A stretch of 64,000 bases of DNA from an uncultured Acidobacteriota bacterium (GTDB lineage: Bacteria > Acidobacteriota > UBA6911). The stretch is from NCBI GenBank assembly GCA_963809485.1, contig CAWEJX010000009.1, positions 32,001 to 96,000 of the forward strand, given 5' to 3'. Positions 20,897-30,974 of this stretch are shown here, piece after piece. Position numbers and translations under genes: made by a program. Position 1 is the stretch's first letter. Each line of letters starts with the position of its first letter. The notes beneath the pieces are model-generated. The model saw only the letters and a program-made list of their open reading frames with translations, searched no databases and had not been told where the DNA came from.

Positions 20897-22087
20897 ATGG
20901 CCAAAGCATTGGAAGGTGTCAGGGTTTTGGATTTTACACAGTATTTGTCCGGTCCTCATTGCACGTCGGTGCTGAGCGAACTCGGCGCCGAGGTCCTAAA
21001 GATAGAAATGCCGGGCAAGGGCGAACCCGAGCGGCTTGCCATGCCCATGACGCCCAAACGGGAATCGTATCAGTTTCTTTCCTATAACCGGGGCAAGAAA
21101 AGCATCACCCTGAACCTTAAGAGTTCGAAAGGGCTGGAGATTGCCAGGAAACTGGCAGGCAAGGTGGATGTCCTGGTCGAGAACTTTGCCCCCGGCGGGA
21201 TGCAACGGCTGGGCCTGAGCTACGAAGAAGTGAGCAAAATCAACCCTCGGATCATTTACGCCTCCATTTCAGGCTTCGGGCAGACCGGCCCACGCCGCAA
21301 CGACGTCAGCTATGATGTGGTCGCACAGGCAATGGGAGGGCTGATGAGCGTCACCGGCTATGCCGGAGGCGAACCGCTGAAGGCGGGCATCTCGCTCGGC
21401 GACTACATGGGGGGATATAACGGCGTCATCGGCATCCTGGCGGCCCTGTATTACCGGACGCTAACGGGTGAGGGACAGTCCATTGACATTTCCATGCAGG
21501 ACGGCATCTGGGCAATGGTTTTCCCCGACCGCGCCAACTACTTTGACACTCGCATCGTCCCCGGGAGAATCGGCAACAAGCTCAGCAGTTCCGCTCCCTT
21601 CGGCGCCTACAATGCCAGGGACGGGCATGTGGTGATTTGCACGATCACGGACCCTCAATGGCAAAAGGTCCTCCAGGCGATGGGGCGGGAGGACCTGAGC
21701 GGCGAGCCGCGTTTTGCCACGCGTGAGAGCCGGACCCAAAATATGGAAGAAGTGGACGGCCTGGTCCAGGCGTGGTGCAGGGAAAGGACAGTCGAGGAGG
21801 TCCTGGCAATCCTCAAGAAATACGGGGTGCCCTGTTCCCCTCTGCCCACTTTTGACCAGGTCGCCGGCGATCCCCAATTGTTGAGTAGAGATATGATTGT
21901 CGAGGTTGAACAGCCCGTTTCGGGAAAGGTAAAGCTCAGCGGTTCGGTCTACAAGATGTCCAAAACGCCAGGCGACCGAAGGAAGCGCATTCCTGCCGTG
22001 GGGGAGCACAACGAGGAAATTTACGGCGGGCTCCTGGGGATCGATGAGCAGGAGATTCAGAGGCTCAGGCAGGAGGGCGTCTTCTAG
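20897..22087 (+). CDS. CaiB/BaiF (family III) CoA-transferase
   Basis: LEGVRVLDF..GP, NRGKKSI, VENFAPG, SGFGQTGP, catalytic YD. Confidence 0.95.
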   Translation: MAKALEGVRVLDFTQYLSGPHCTSVLSELGAEVLKIEMPGKGEPERLAMPMTPKRESYQFLSYNRGKKSITLNLKSSKGLEIARKLAGKVDVLVENFAPGGMQRLGLSYEEVSKINPRIIYASISGFGQTGPRRNDVSYDVVAQAMGGLMSVTGYAGGEPLKAGISLGDYMGGYNGVIGILAALYYRTLTGEGQSIDISMQDGIWAMVFPDRANYFDTRIVPGRIGNKLSSSAPFGAYNARDGHVVICTITDPQWQKVLQAMGREDLSGEPRFATRESRTQNMEEVDGLVQAWCRERTVEEVLAILKKYGVPCSPLPTFDQVAGDPQLLSRDMIVEVEQPVSGKVKLSGSVYKMSKTPGDRRKRIPAVGEHNEEIYGGLLGIDEQEIQRLRQEGVF

Positions 22088-22108
22088 ATGCGCTCTGCCA
22101 TTTTATTG

Positions 22109-22137
22109 TTTACAAAATTTGCGGTTCGATCTAGAAT
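22109..22137 (+). promoter_or_regulatory. Putative sigma70 promoter
   Basis: TTTACA-N17-TAGAAT upstream of the nitroreductase. Confidence 0.5.
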
Positions 22138-22247
22138 GTCAGTTTTTTCAAGTGATGCAATGTTTGGATTTGTCCCGCAATGACATTACCGGCTCTTCCA
22201 ACAAAGCCAGCACTTAATTATTTCTAAAAGTTTGGAGGAAAATCTGT

Positions 22248-22910
22248 ATGCCAGAATTTCTGGATGTGCTTACATCGAGAAAGAGTATCCGAAGATACAA
22301 ATCCGACCCGATATCGGACGAGATGCTCGACAAGATCCTGGAGGCGGCCCGGTGGGCGCCCACGGGTGAGAACTATCAACCGTGGAGGTTTATCGTTGTC
22401 CGGGACCAGGAGACGAGGAACAAGATCGGCGATCTGTCCCGGCAGGGGAGCGGATCGCGCATGACCGCCTGGTACTGCCTCAATGAGCTGCAACAGAGAT
22501 TTGAGGGGATCGAAGACCCCGTCAAGAGGGCTGAAGTATTGGAGTTTATGTACTCCGGCAGAGTGTCGGAATTCTGCAAGCAGGCGCCGGTGGTCATTGC
22601 CGTGATCGGGGATCTGCGGGTGGGAAGTGTCGATGTCCCTTACGACCTCTGCGCCGCCATCGAGAATATGCTCCTGCAGGCCCATTCCATGGGACTCGGC
22701 GCATGCTGGGTACACGGACCGGTGGCCAGTACGAGAGATGCCAAACGATTCAAAGAAATATTGGGAATTCCGACCGGCATGGGAGACTATAAAGTCGTTT
22801 CTTTCCTCGCCTTCGGGTATCCCAAAGAACAGCGCAAGCATCCAAGGCCCAAACTGCCGCTCAAGGAAATGGTGTACTGGGAAAAATTTGGAAATAAGGA
22901 GAGGATCTAA
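22248..22910 (+). CDS. Nitroreductase family protein
   Basis: RKSIRRY, AARWAPTGENYQPWRF, ENMLLQAHSMGLGACW. Confidence 0.92.
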   Translation: MPEFLDVLTSRKSIRRYKSDPISDEMLDKILEAARWAPTGENYQPWRFIVVRDQETRNKIGDLSRQGSGSRMTAWYCLNELQQRFEGIEDPVKRAEVLEFMYSGRVSEFCKQAPVVIAVIGDLRVGSVDVPYDLCAAIENMLLQAHSMGLGACWVHGPVASTRDAKRFKEILGIPTGMGDYKVVSFLAFGYPKEQRKHPRPKLPLKEMVYWEKFGNKERI

Positions 22911-23461
22911 TGGATAGCATAAAATACTGCAACGAGTTGCTTTCGAGACTGGAAACTCTCGCCTATCATGAACTCTCCGGAATGATCCACTGGAAATGTG
23001 AGTATGTCGGAGTCGACTTCATTCGCGCCAAGCAGATCGAGGGGAAAAATGTAAACGAAATCGTCACGAGCTGCTGCAAAGCGATCACCGAAGGCGGAAT
23101 CGCCAATCAAATTACCCATAAAGTGGGTCCGGATGGGGTGATGCTCAAACTGAAGATCAAGGGTTGCATCCATCATCCCAAGGAAGTCCAGACGAGGGCG
23201 GAAGGCATCGCGCCTTATCTCTGTCCGGTGGCCAACATGGTCCTGGACCAGATCCACGAAAAGCTGAAATACACCACGAGCTATTTAACAAAACTCGCTA
23301 TCGACAGCGACAATAAGCAGTGTCTCGTGTATATGGCGCTTTACGAGACCGCAAGCAAGATCGGTCAGGTTTCCGATTGGCTCGCGGACGATGAAGATGC
23401 GGATTTCGTGAAGAACCAGCCTTCGCAGATCCTGGCCGCAGCCGACAAAAAAAAGGAATAG
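22910..23461 (+). CDS. Hypothetical Cys-rich protein, possibly V4R-like ligand-binding fold
   Basis: TAATG coupling to the nitroreductase, RBS GAGG; GCIH..YLCP..C. Confidence 0.7.
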   Translation: MDSIKYCNELLSRLETLAYHELSGMIHWKCEYVGVDFIRAKQIEGKNVNEIVTSCCKAITEGGIANQITHKVGPDGVMLKLKIKGCIHHPKEVQTRAEGIAPYLCPVANMVLDQIHEKLKYTTSYLTKLAIDSDNKQCLVYMALYETASKIGQVSDWLADDEDADFVKNQPSQILAAADKKKE

Positions 23462-23499
23462 CTGCATTTTCCCGTTGGCGATCCCGGTTTTTATTCGAA

Positions 23500-23547
23500 G
23501 CCGCGCAACTGGAGTTTATAGCCCCTATTGCGCGGCCTTTTTGTTTT
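23500..23547 (+). terminator. Putative intrinsic terminator
   Basis: GCCGCGCAA..TTGCGCGGC followed by a T-tract; loop is long. Confidence 0.5.
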
Positions 23548-23718
23548 GCCCTCGTGCAACCTAAGCTGCAGTTTCGTATGATACTTCAAAAATCCGGCAG
23601 GCTGCCAGGCGCCCGAATCCCTATTGCATGGCACGGACGGTTGTTGTATCTATACGTATGAAAAAAACCGGCCGGTTATTGACGTTTAATAAGCAAAGAA
23701 ATAAAACGGAGGATATCA

Positions 23719-23904
23719 ATGAAAAAACCCGAGATGCCCTGTGCAATGCATGATGAACATCTGTGTTATCTGGTAAATATGGGCTATGTTGAGAATAGTT
23801 TAGGCGACTATAAAGCGCTGGTGAAGGATGCAAAGTTCGTATGCAAGAAATGCGGACGGAGCGCAAATTCGGAAGAAAACCTCTGCCGGCCCGTAAAAAT
23901 CTAG
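23719..23904 (+). CDS. Small Cys/His-rich protein, putative metal-binding
   Basis: RBS GGAGG; C..H..HLC..CKKCGR..LC.P; 61 aa. Confidence 0.75.
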   Translation: MKKPEMPCAMHDEHLCYLVNMGYVENSLGDYKALVKDAKFVCKKCGRSANSEENLCRPVKI

Positions 23905-24206
23905 CGTGCTGTGTCCTGCAGACAGGCATACAAGAATTCGCATGAAATAACCTCAAAAATCATATTTCCTTAAACATGCAGGCGCCCACAGGCTCCTGCC
24001 ATTAAGACGCACCCTGCCTGTTGGGGCGTCTTCGTTGGCGCGATGCCCGGCCGGCCTCGATTTCAGGTTCTGCGCTCCGTCCCCGGAGCATGTCAGGTTT
24101 GAGTCTTCAGGGCACTATCCGGCGAAAGCATGGACTCTCGCGGGTTGCGCTTTGCGCCGGGCATTCTCTCCTGCGCAATTCGGTGCGGTGGAATACCTCT
24201 CCGCGC

Positions 24207-24965
24207 CTATCCCATATACATGCGCCCGGGATCGATCACTTCCCGGATTACGCGGAGCTGCTCCCCTGTCGGCGGTTCCGTTACGGAAAACTCCTGCGGG
24301 ATGAGCGGGCGGAAGCCCATGGTCGAGAGGACATCCTCGAGTGTGTTCCCGGGATGGATGGAAAGCAGCATCATCTGCTTCGTTTCCGGATGGAATCCGA
24401 AGATCGCCTTATCGGTGATCACGCGGCTTGGACCGCCGATCAGCCCGGCCTTGCGCCGGCTGTCACCGCCGTCGAGATACCCGGGGCTGGTGACAAAAGA
24501 AATCGTTTCCCGGAATTTGCCTTCCTCCTGGCGCATGATCAGAATGGTTTTCTTCGCGCAAGAGGCAATATCGTTGGCGCCGCCGCTGCCGATCATATGG
24601 CGGAATTTCCCCTTCGGATCGCCCACGAGCGTCGTATTCAGGTTGCCGAACCGATCCGCTTCGAGCCCTCCCAGAAACCCGACATCGACCCTGCCGCGAT
24701 GAAGAACGGTTCCCAGTATGTCGATGAAGCTGCTTAGTACTTTGGCCCGGTACCACACCCTGGGATCGGCAAGCCCCACACCCGTATGAATCGGTTCGGG
24801 ATCGATCACTCCCAGCTCAAACAGGATGGTCATGTTGGGAGCATGGCTTTTTTTCGCCAGGAAAGCCGCCACCATCGGAAGCCCGATCCCAACGGCGACA
24901 ACATGGCCATCTTGCAGTTCACGGGCTCCCGAAACTGCCATTAACTCCGTTGGAGTAAAGTCCAT
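24207..24965 (-). CDS. CoA-transferase subunit B (GctB/PcaJ-like)
   Basis: VGIGLP, catalytic FELG, DRFGNLNT, GSGGANDI, FVTSPG. Confidence 0.92.
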   Translation of the reverse strand: MDFTPTELMAVSGARELQDGHVVAVGIGLPMVAAFLAKKSHAPNMTILFELGVIDPEPIHTGVGLADPRVWYRAKVLSSFIDILGTVLHRGRVDVGFLGGLEADRFGNLNTTLVGDPKGKFRHMIGSGGANDIASCAKKTILIMRQEEGKFRETISFVTSPGYLDGGDSRRKAGLIGGPSRVITDKAIFGFHPETKQMMLLSIHPGNTLEDVLSTMGFRPLIPQEFSVTEPPTGEQLRVIREVIDPGRMYMG

Positions 24966-24975
24966 ATCGTTCCCC

Positions 24976-25875
24976 CTAATATCCCAGTATGGGATCGGCC
25001 CGAAGACTCCTGAGATGGCGGAGGCCTCCGACAAGATTGAGATATTCCCAGTGGTCCTTCACACCATAGACATATTTGTCCAGGTATGCCTTCCACAAAT
25101 CGGATTTCCTGGCAGCCTCGACGTACCTGCGGATCTCGTCGGCGTCGTAGTCGTACTCATGATATAAGGAAGTGGGATGAGCCCCGAAAGGCAATTCCAC
25201 GACATGAGAGACAAGGAGATTGGGAATCACGCACCGTTCGGGTTCCCCGCGAATGATGTCCGTCGGCACCACATGCTCGGCAATAACGATGGCGCGAGTG
25301 CTGGCTTTCACCTGCTCCGGCGAATCCCATTTCGGACCCATAATCCAGGCGTTTCCCTCTTCGTCACAAGTCTGGACCTGTACCACCGCCACATCCGGAA
25401 GCAAAGGCTTCAACACAAGCCACCGGTCGCCGGAAAAAGGATCATGGATAAAGGCAATATCGGATCCCGTTTGCTCCTGAATCCGGCTCAGCAGGCCGGA
25501 CCCGCATAGCGACCGTATGGGAATGAAGGGAAGCCCAAGCGAGCCGGCCAGATAGCGGAAAGCAATCGACAGGCTGCTGTATTCTTCAGCCTGGATCGAG
25601 CCGTTATCGATGCCCGCGTTTATGCACCCAAGCCTGCCGAAACGGTCGAGAGACCCTCCCCCGTAAATCACCCGCTCGACCGAACCTCCTCCGGCCAGAA
25701 GATCCGTGTCCATAGCCCCGACGCACTGCGATATCGTCAGCTTTTTGATTCCCTGGCGAAGGACCTCACGGGCAAAGGCCATGGCGCATCGCGTAATTGC
25801 GAAACCCGATAGTGCCACATGGGACCCCGAGGGGATTGAGGCGACGGCCTCGCTCAGGCTGGATAATTTGTTCAT
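24976..25875 (-). CDS. CoA-transferase subunit A (GctA-like)
   Basis: SLSEAV, AGSLGLPF, DEEGNA, PFGAHP. Confidence 0.9.
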   Translation of the reverse strand: MNKLSSLSEAVASIPSGSHVALSGFAITRCAMAFAREVLRQGIKKLTISQCVGAMDTDLLAGGGSVERVIYGGGSLDRFGRLGCINAGIDNGSIQAEEYSSLSIAFRYLAGSLGLPFIPIRSLCGSGLLSRIQEQTGSDIAFIHDPFSGDRWLVLKPLLPDVAVVQVQTCDEEGNAWIMGPKWDSPEQVKASTRAIVIAEHVVPTDIIRGEPERCVIPNLLVSHVVELPFGAHPTSLYHEYDYDADEIRRYVEAARKSDLWKAYLDKYVYGVKDHWEYLNLVGGLRHLRSLRADPILGY

Positions 25876-26237
25876 GACGTGCTCCTATGCGTCCGGCCCA
25901 CGGGCGGGTGCAGGATTATTAGATATGCGCTCCGGCCCCTTCCCCGGTTTGGGCCTGTAGCGGCTCGCCTGAAAATGCGCCATACGTTTTTGCACGAAGC
26001 ATTTGCAGCTCAATTCTATCGAGCTTTGCGCGGCAGCCGCTGGAAAATGCCCCAGATTCATGGTTAGACGATACATCAAAAATGCAGCGGCCGGCTCCTG
26101 AAAATTGCCTCTTTCGACCGCCGTGCGGGTTTGCCATGTGCATCCTCGGCCGCGGGTGCAAACTACCTGCGGCAAAACCAGGTGACAGCCACCGAAGATT
26201 CGCGATATCTTTTCAGGCTATGAACGCATCCACAGAT

Positions 26238-27953
26238 ATGAATAAAAGAAAGATACTCAGCGAAGTCGCCCTGGGACAGATTGCGCCCGATACGGTCATC
26301 CGGAACGGCATGCTGTTCAACGCCTTTACGGGAGAATTTATTGAGCGGCAATCCGTCTGGGTGAAGGATGGGATGATCGCATACGCGGGGATGGACAGCG
26401 ACCCTCTCATTTCAGAAGGGACCCGGATCCTCGACGCGGACGGCCAGGTGCTGCTGCCCGGCCTGATTGAAGGCCACACACACGTCTTAAGCAGCCGCTA
26501 CAGCCTGGAGGAGTTCATCCGTTATGCAATCCCCTGCGGCGTGACCACCGTGGTAACGGAAGCCCTGGAATACCTGGTAATCGTCGGGAAGGACGGGCTG
26601 GATTACGTGCTGAGGGGATTGAAGCATCAGCCGATCCGCATTTATTGCACATTGCCTCCCTTATGCGGCCTTACGCCGTCGGAAGAAATTCATGCTCTGG
26701 CCGATGCCGATGTCCTGCCGTTTCTGGAGGACCCTTCTTGCCTGGGAGTCGGGGAAATCTATTGGAGCAATCTGCTGCTGGAGGGGGCCCAGGGAGAACG
26801 CTGCCGGAAACTTGCGGCGCTCGCGCTGGAAAAAGGCAAAACCGTTGAAGGACATACGGCGGGCGCCTCGGGAAAGAAGCTTCAGGCTTACACCTGTTTC
26901 GGCATCTCCTCCTGCCATGAGCCCATCGCCGAAGAAGATGTGCTGGAAAGACTGCGGCTCGGCTATTGGGTGATGATCCGCGAGGGGTATGTCAGAAAAG
27001 AGCTGGAAGGCGTCAAAGGAATTTTCAAAAGGGATATCGATTTCCGAAGACTGTCGCTTGTCACCGACGGCGTCGATCCCTCGGGATTTCTCGAAAACGG
27101 CTATCTGGATGCCGCGGTCAAAAAAGCGATGGAACTCGGGGCGCCGCCGCAGATCGCCTATCAAATGGTTACACTGAATGCGGCCGAGCATTTTCATCTC
27201 GACCCGCTGATCGGATCCCTTGCTCCCGGGAAGATGGCCGACATCGTGATCATCCCTGCACCCGAGGACTTCGCGCCGCAATGGGTGATGTGCAACGGAA
27301 GGGTCGTGTTTGACGGCGGGAAACGGCTTGCGGAACCCGAAAAGATCTACTTTCCGGAACATATGTACCATACGGTCCGGGTGGGGAAATACGGTCTGCC
27401 GCGCCTTCCGGAAAAAGGCAGAGTAAGGGCCATGGACCTGGTAACCCGGCTCGTGACCCGCGAAGAGATCGTGGATCTTGACAATCCCCGGGAGGCCGGG
27501 AATTTGAATCTGATTTTTGCATTGGATCGTCTGGGAAGCGGGAAAGGGTTCATGGGCTACCTGAAGGGATTCGGCCTCAGGCAGGGCGCCTACGGAACAA
27601 CCATGGCCTGGGACACGAGGGACATGATTATGGTGGGATGCGAGGATGCCTCCATGCTCACTGTGATTGAGCGGCTCAGGGAAATCGGGGGCGGCGGTGT
27701 TTTTGCCATTGGCGGGGAAATTGTTGCCGAATTCCCTGCCCCCATCTGCGGCGTATCGTCTCCGAAACCGATGGCAACTATCCGGCAGGAAACCCGGAAG
27801 CTCGATGAGGTGCTGAGAGAGCATGGCGTCCCCTGGGAGACTCCCATACTGACGGTAGATACCTTTACGACCGGGGCCATCCCCCATTTCCGCATCAATC
27901 ACAACGGATATGTAAGATTGAAAGACAGGAAGGTACTGCCCGTCGGCATTTAG
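26238..27953 (+). CDS. ade: Adenine deaminase family amidohydrolase
   Basis: PGLIEGHTH, GHTAG, SCHE, MIREG, VTDG, TLNAAEHF..GSLAPGKMAD, plus C-terminal Ade domain. Confidence 0.85.
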   Translation: MNKRKILSEVALGQIAPDTVIRNGMLFNAFTGEFIERQSVWVKDGMIAYAGMDSDPLISEGTRILDADGQVLLPGLIEGHTHVLSSRYSLEEFIRYAIPCGVTTVVTEALEYLVIVGKDGLDYVLRGLKHQPIRIYCTLPPLCGLTPSEEIHALADADVLPFLEDPSCLGVGEIYWSNLLLEGAQGERCRKLAALALEKGKTVEGHTAGASGKKLQAYTCFGISSCHEPIAEEDVLERLRLGYWVMIREGYVRKELEGVKGIFKRDIDFRRLSLVTDGVDPSGFLENGYLDAAVKKAMELGAPPQIAYQMVTLNAAEHFHLDPLIGSLAPGKMADIVIIPAPEDFAPQWVMCNGRVVFDGGKRLAEPEKIYFPEHMYHTVRVGKYGLPRLPEKGRVRAMDLVTRLVTREEIVDLDNPREAGNLNLIFALDRLGSGKGFMGYLKGFGLRQGAYGTTMAWDTRDMIMVGCEDASMLTVIERLREIGGGGVFAIGGEIVAEFPAPICGVSSPKPMATIRQETRKLDEVLREHGVPWETPILTVDTFTTGAIPHFRINHNGYVRLKDRKVLPVGI

Positions 27954-28028
27954 AGGCGGCATGCCGCGGCTGGCGAATGGGCGACCCCCGCATGCTATTC
28001 ATAATATTCATAGCGCACAGTAAGCAGG

Positions 28029-28211
28029 CTGCGGCAGATCCGGAGGCTTTATGGGTGCTGGCCCCTCAAAGGGGCGTTATCACAACCGATAAAAATAAAA
28101 GTGGTTTCACGGGCCATAGATATCTTACAAGCTTTTTGGGACCGCAGAATGTCGAATAACGAATGATGAATCTCGAAGTGTGGCGATAGCTTCTGCGGCT
28201 CGATATTCGAA
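28029..28211 (+). repeat. Dispersed composite repeat copy 2
   Basis: CGGCAGATCCGGAGGCTTTAT..GCCCCTCAAAGGGGC..GTGGTTTC..ATATCTTACAAGCTTTTTG..CGCAGAATGTCGAA..TTCTGCGG and TCGATAT heptamers. Confidence 0.75.
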
Positions 28212-28449
28212 ATTCGACACTCGATATTCCAGTGTTTATCCTCTTGGTTTTACCGGACCCGGGAATAAAAAAATCCAGGATTTGTCAAACTCGTACTGCC
28301 TCCCCGGCATATCCGTGGGATCTCCCAACGCATTATTAGGCGGGATAGCTCCCGCTGGAGAGTCCTATTCCAAGGCATAATCCGGCCTGGGTTTTTTGCT
28401 GCGACAGCTCATCGCACGGCCTTGATCCGCGGTCCAGGGCCGTGGCGCT

Positions 28450-29556
28450 TCAAAACCCAAGGTCGTGGCCGGTGATGTTGAGCTCGGTGCGCAGAGTGCG
28501 CAAAGCTCTCTGAAGATTGGGCCCGATTTTCACACCGTCCCGCATCACCTGCAGCTCGTTGTAGTAGGCCTTTTCCCCTGCCGTATAAATTTTCATTTCC
28601 ACGGAGCCTTTGCCATATCGGCGCAACTCGCGCAGAATGCTTCCGGCCGTTTTACGGAAACGCTCCAGGGGAACGAACTTTTCAATATTAATCGCCATGA
28701 AGAAATGCCCGATGCGCGAAGGATGCGGATTCCCGGCATGATCCCTGTCATGCAGCTCGGAAAGAAACGCCCCGTCCTGGAGAGCCGCGCAAAGAATCTC
28801 GACTACCGTCGCCAGACCGTAGCCTTTATGCCCTCCCATCAGTTCCCCGATGCCGCCGAGCGGCAGCAGCGCGGCTTTGCCCTTGTTCATTTCCTCGATC
28901 AGCTCGTTGCTTTCGGTCGCCAGCGTTCCGTCCGGTTTGATGACCCACCCTTCCGGGATGGGCCTGCCCGTGCGCTCCGCAATTTCGATTTTGCCGCGCG
29001 GGGCAATGGAAGTGGCGGCATCGAAGTTGAACGGGAACTCCTCGTCCGTCGGAGCACTGAATGCGATCGGATTGGTGCCCAGCAACGGCTTCACCCCGAA
29101 GGTCGGCGCGATGGACGGGTGTGCGTTGGTGAAACTCATCCCGATCATCCCTTCCCTGGCGGCCATCCGCGTGTAATAGCCAGCAATCCCGAAATGACTC
29201 GAGTTTCGGACGGCGACGGCTCCCAGTCCGTTTACATGGGCCTTGTCGATTGCGATCTTCATTGCATGGTAGCCCACTACCATCCCCATGCCGTTGGCCC
29301 CGTCCATAACGGCGGTCGTGGGAGACTCCTGCGCGAGAGTCCAGCAGGTGGTGGGTTGCTGCAACCCTGCTTTGATGCGCTGATAATACATCTTGAGATG
29401 GGCGAGACCGTGCGATCGCACTCCGTAAATGTCGGATGCAAGGATCACATCCGCGGTGATTTCCGCATCGGCGCGCGGCACCCCCATTTTGAGAAGCGCG
29501 TCGATCGCAAAATCGGTCAGCTGTTTCACCGGCACATACACGCCAGCATCTGCCAT
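28450..29556 (-). CDS. Ldh_2 (malate/L-lactate dehydrogenase type 2) family oxidoreductase
   Basis: GVRSHG, RNSSHFG, LGTNPIA, FDAATS, GHKGYGL. Confidence 0.93.
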   Translation of the reverse strand: MADAGVYVPVKQLTDFAIDALLKMGVPRADAEITADVILASDIYGVRSHGLAHLKMYYQRIKAGLQQPTTCWTLAQESPTTAVMDGANGMGMVVGYHAMKIAIDKAHVNGLGAVAVRNSSHFGIAGYYTRMAAREGMIGMSFTNAHPSIAPTFGVKPLLGTNPIAFSAPTDEEFPFNFDAATSIAPRGKIEIAERTGRPIPEGWVIKPDGTLATESNELIEEMNKGKAALLPLGGIGELMGGHKGYGLATVVEILCAALQDGAFLSELHDRDHAGNPHPSRIGHFFMAINIEKFVPLERFRKTAGSILRELRRYGKGSVEMKIYTAGEKAYYNELQVMRDGVKIGPNLQRALRTLRTELNITGHDLGF

Positions 29557-29591
29557 AATCGTCACTCCATGGATTGAAGCTTTTTGTCGCC

Positions 29592-30974
29592 TTAGTCTTT
29601 AAACATTTTGCCCGGGTTCAGGATATTCATCGGGTCCAGCGCCTGCTTGATGCGGCGCTGCACATCCACCGATACCGGCCCGAGCGCCTGCTCAAAATAC
29701 GGACGTTTGAGGACGCCGACTCCGTGCTCACCCGAAAGAGTCCCGCCCAGGGCGAGCGCGGCGCCGAAGATCTCTTTCACCATCTGCTCGACCTTCTCCC
29801 ATTCTTCGGGCCTGCGTTTGTCAAACAGGATGTTCGGATGTAGATTCCCATCTCCGGCGTGGCCGAAAATCACGATCGGCAGGCCGTATTTGGCGCTGAT
29901 CGCCCGCAAACGCTGAACGACCTCGGGGATGGCGCTCCGGGGCACCGTTATGTCTTCTCCCAGCTTGTTCGGCGCCTTGCGCGCCAGCGAGGGGGAAATG
30001 GAGCGGCGCGCTTTCCACAGCCCGGCTCGTTCCGCCTCGGTGGCTGCAACCTTGACCGACCTGGCTCCGGTTTCCCTGCAGATACGGCCGGCGGCTTCAA
30101 TTTCGCGTTGAACGGTCTGCTCGTCCGAGCCGTCCGTTTCGATGATGAGCGACGCTTCCACGTCCGTCGGCAGCCCGAGGTGCATCGCCTCCTCGATGCA
30201 GGCGATCGCGGTCTGATCCATCAATTCCAGGGAAGCCGGCACAATGCCTTCCGCGAGGATTGCATTGACCGAGCGCGAAGCATTGGCGAGGGAAGCGAAT
30301 TCGGCCAGCGCGGTTTTTGTGTAACGCGGCCGCGCGACGAGTCTCAGGAGCGCCTCGGTGATCAGCCCGAGCGTCCCTTCGGATGACGTAAATAGCCCGT
30401 TCAGGTTGTAGCCGGTTACATCCTTGATCGGCTTGCCTCCGGTCCTGAGGATCCTGCCGTCGGCGAGCACGACGGTCAGGCCGAGGACATAATTCCCTGT
30501 GACGCCATATTTCAGGCAACGCGGCCCGCCCGCATTGCAGGCGATATTGCCCCCGATCGTGGAATGCCGGATGCTGGAAGGATCGGGCGGATAAAAAAGC
30601 CCGAGTTTCTCCACCTCGACCTGAAGGTCTGCCGTGACCACACCGGCCTGAGCCCGCACGACCGAGTTTTTCATGTCGATCTCGAGAATGCGGTTCATGC
30701 GGGAAAAGGATACGACAATTCCGCCGCTTTGAACCGGGATGGACCCCGCTGCCAGCCCGGATCCCATACCGCGCGCAACCAGTGGAATTTTCGCCGCCGC
30801 GGCTATCCGGACTACTGCAGCGGTCTGCTCCGTCGTCTGCGGCAAAACGACGACCTCGGGCGTGCCTTCGGCGAAAGTACCGTCATAGCTGTAAACGGCC
30901 AGGTCCTCCGCTGTGCAAAGCACGCCGTCCTTTCCCGCGGCCCGCATAAGATCTTCAAGGATTCTATTTTCCAT
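29592..30974 (-). CDS. glcD: FAD-linked 2-hydroxyacid dehydrogenase, GlcD-like
   Basis: RGMGSGLAAG, FYPPDPSS, NAGGPRCLKYGVT, GHAGDGNLH, SGEHGVG, LNPGK. Confidence 0.9.
   Translation of the reverse strand: MENRILEDLMRAAGKDGVLCTAEDLAVYSYDGTFAEGTPEVVVLPQTTEQTAAVVRIAAAAKIPLVARGMGSGLAAGSIPVQSGGIVVSFSRMNRILEIDMKNSVVRAQAGVVTADLQVEVEKLGLFYPPDPSSIRHSTIGGNIACNAGGPRCLKYGVTGNYVLGLTVVLADGRILRTGGKPIKDVTGYNLNGLFTSSEGTLGLITEALLRLVARPRYTKTALAEFASLANASRSVNAILAEGIVPASLELMDQTAIACIEEAMHLGLPTDVEASLIIETDGSDEQTVQREIEAAGRICRETGARSVKVAATEAERAGLWKARRSISPSLARKAPNKLGEDITVPRSAIPEVVQRLRAISAKYGLPIVIFGHAGDGNLHPNILFDKRRPEEWEKVEQMVKEIFGAALALGGTLSGEHGVGVLKRPYFEQALGPVSVDVQRRIKQALDPMNILNPGKMFKD

Noticed and set aside
23628-23646. 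Sigma54 promoter TGGCACGGACGGTTG
   Set aside because: No GC at the -12 position with correct spacing
28140-28211. CRISPR array
   Set aside because: Repeats are 7-mers without unique spacers; no cas genes in the window
28295-28400. Fluoride-riboswitch-like or other ncRNA (GGAATAGGACTCTCC with hairpins on the minus strand)
   Set aside because: Pseudoknot partner missing and it lies between convergent genes with nothing to regulate; an Rfam scan would be needed to rescue it
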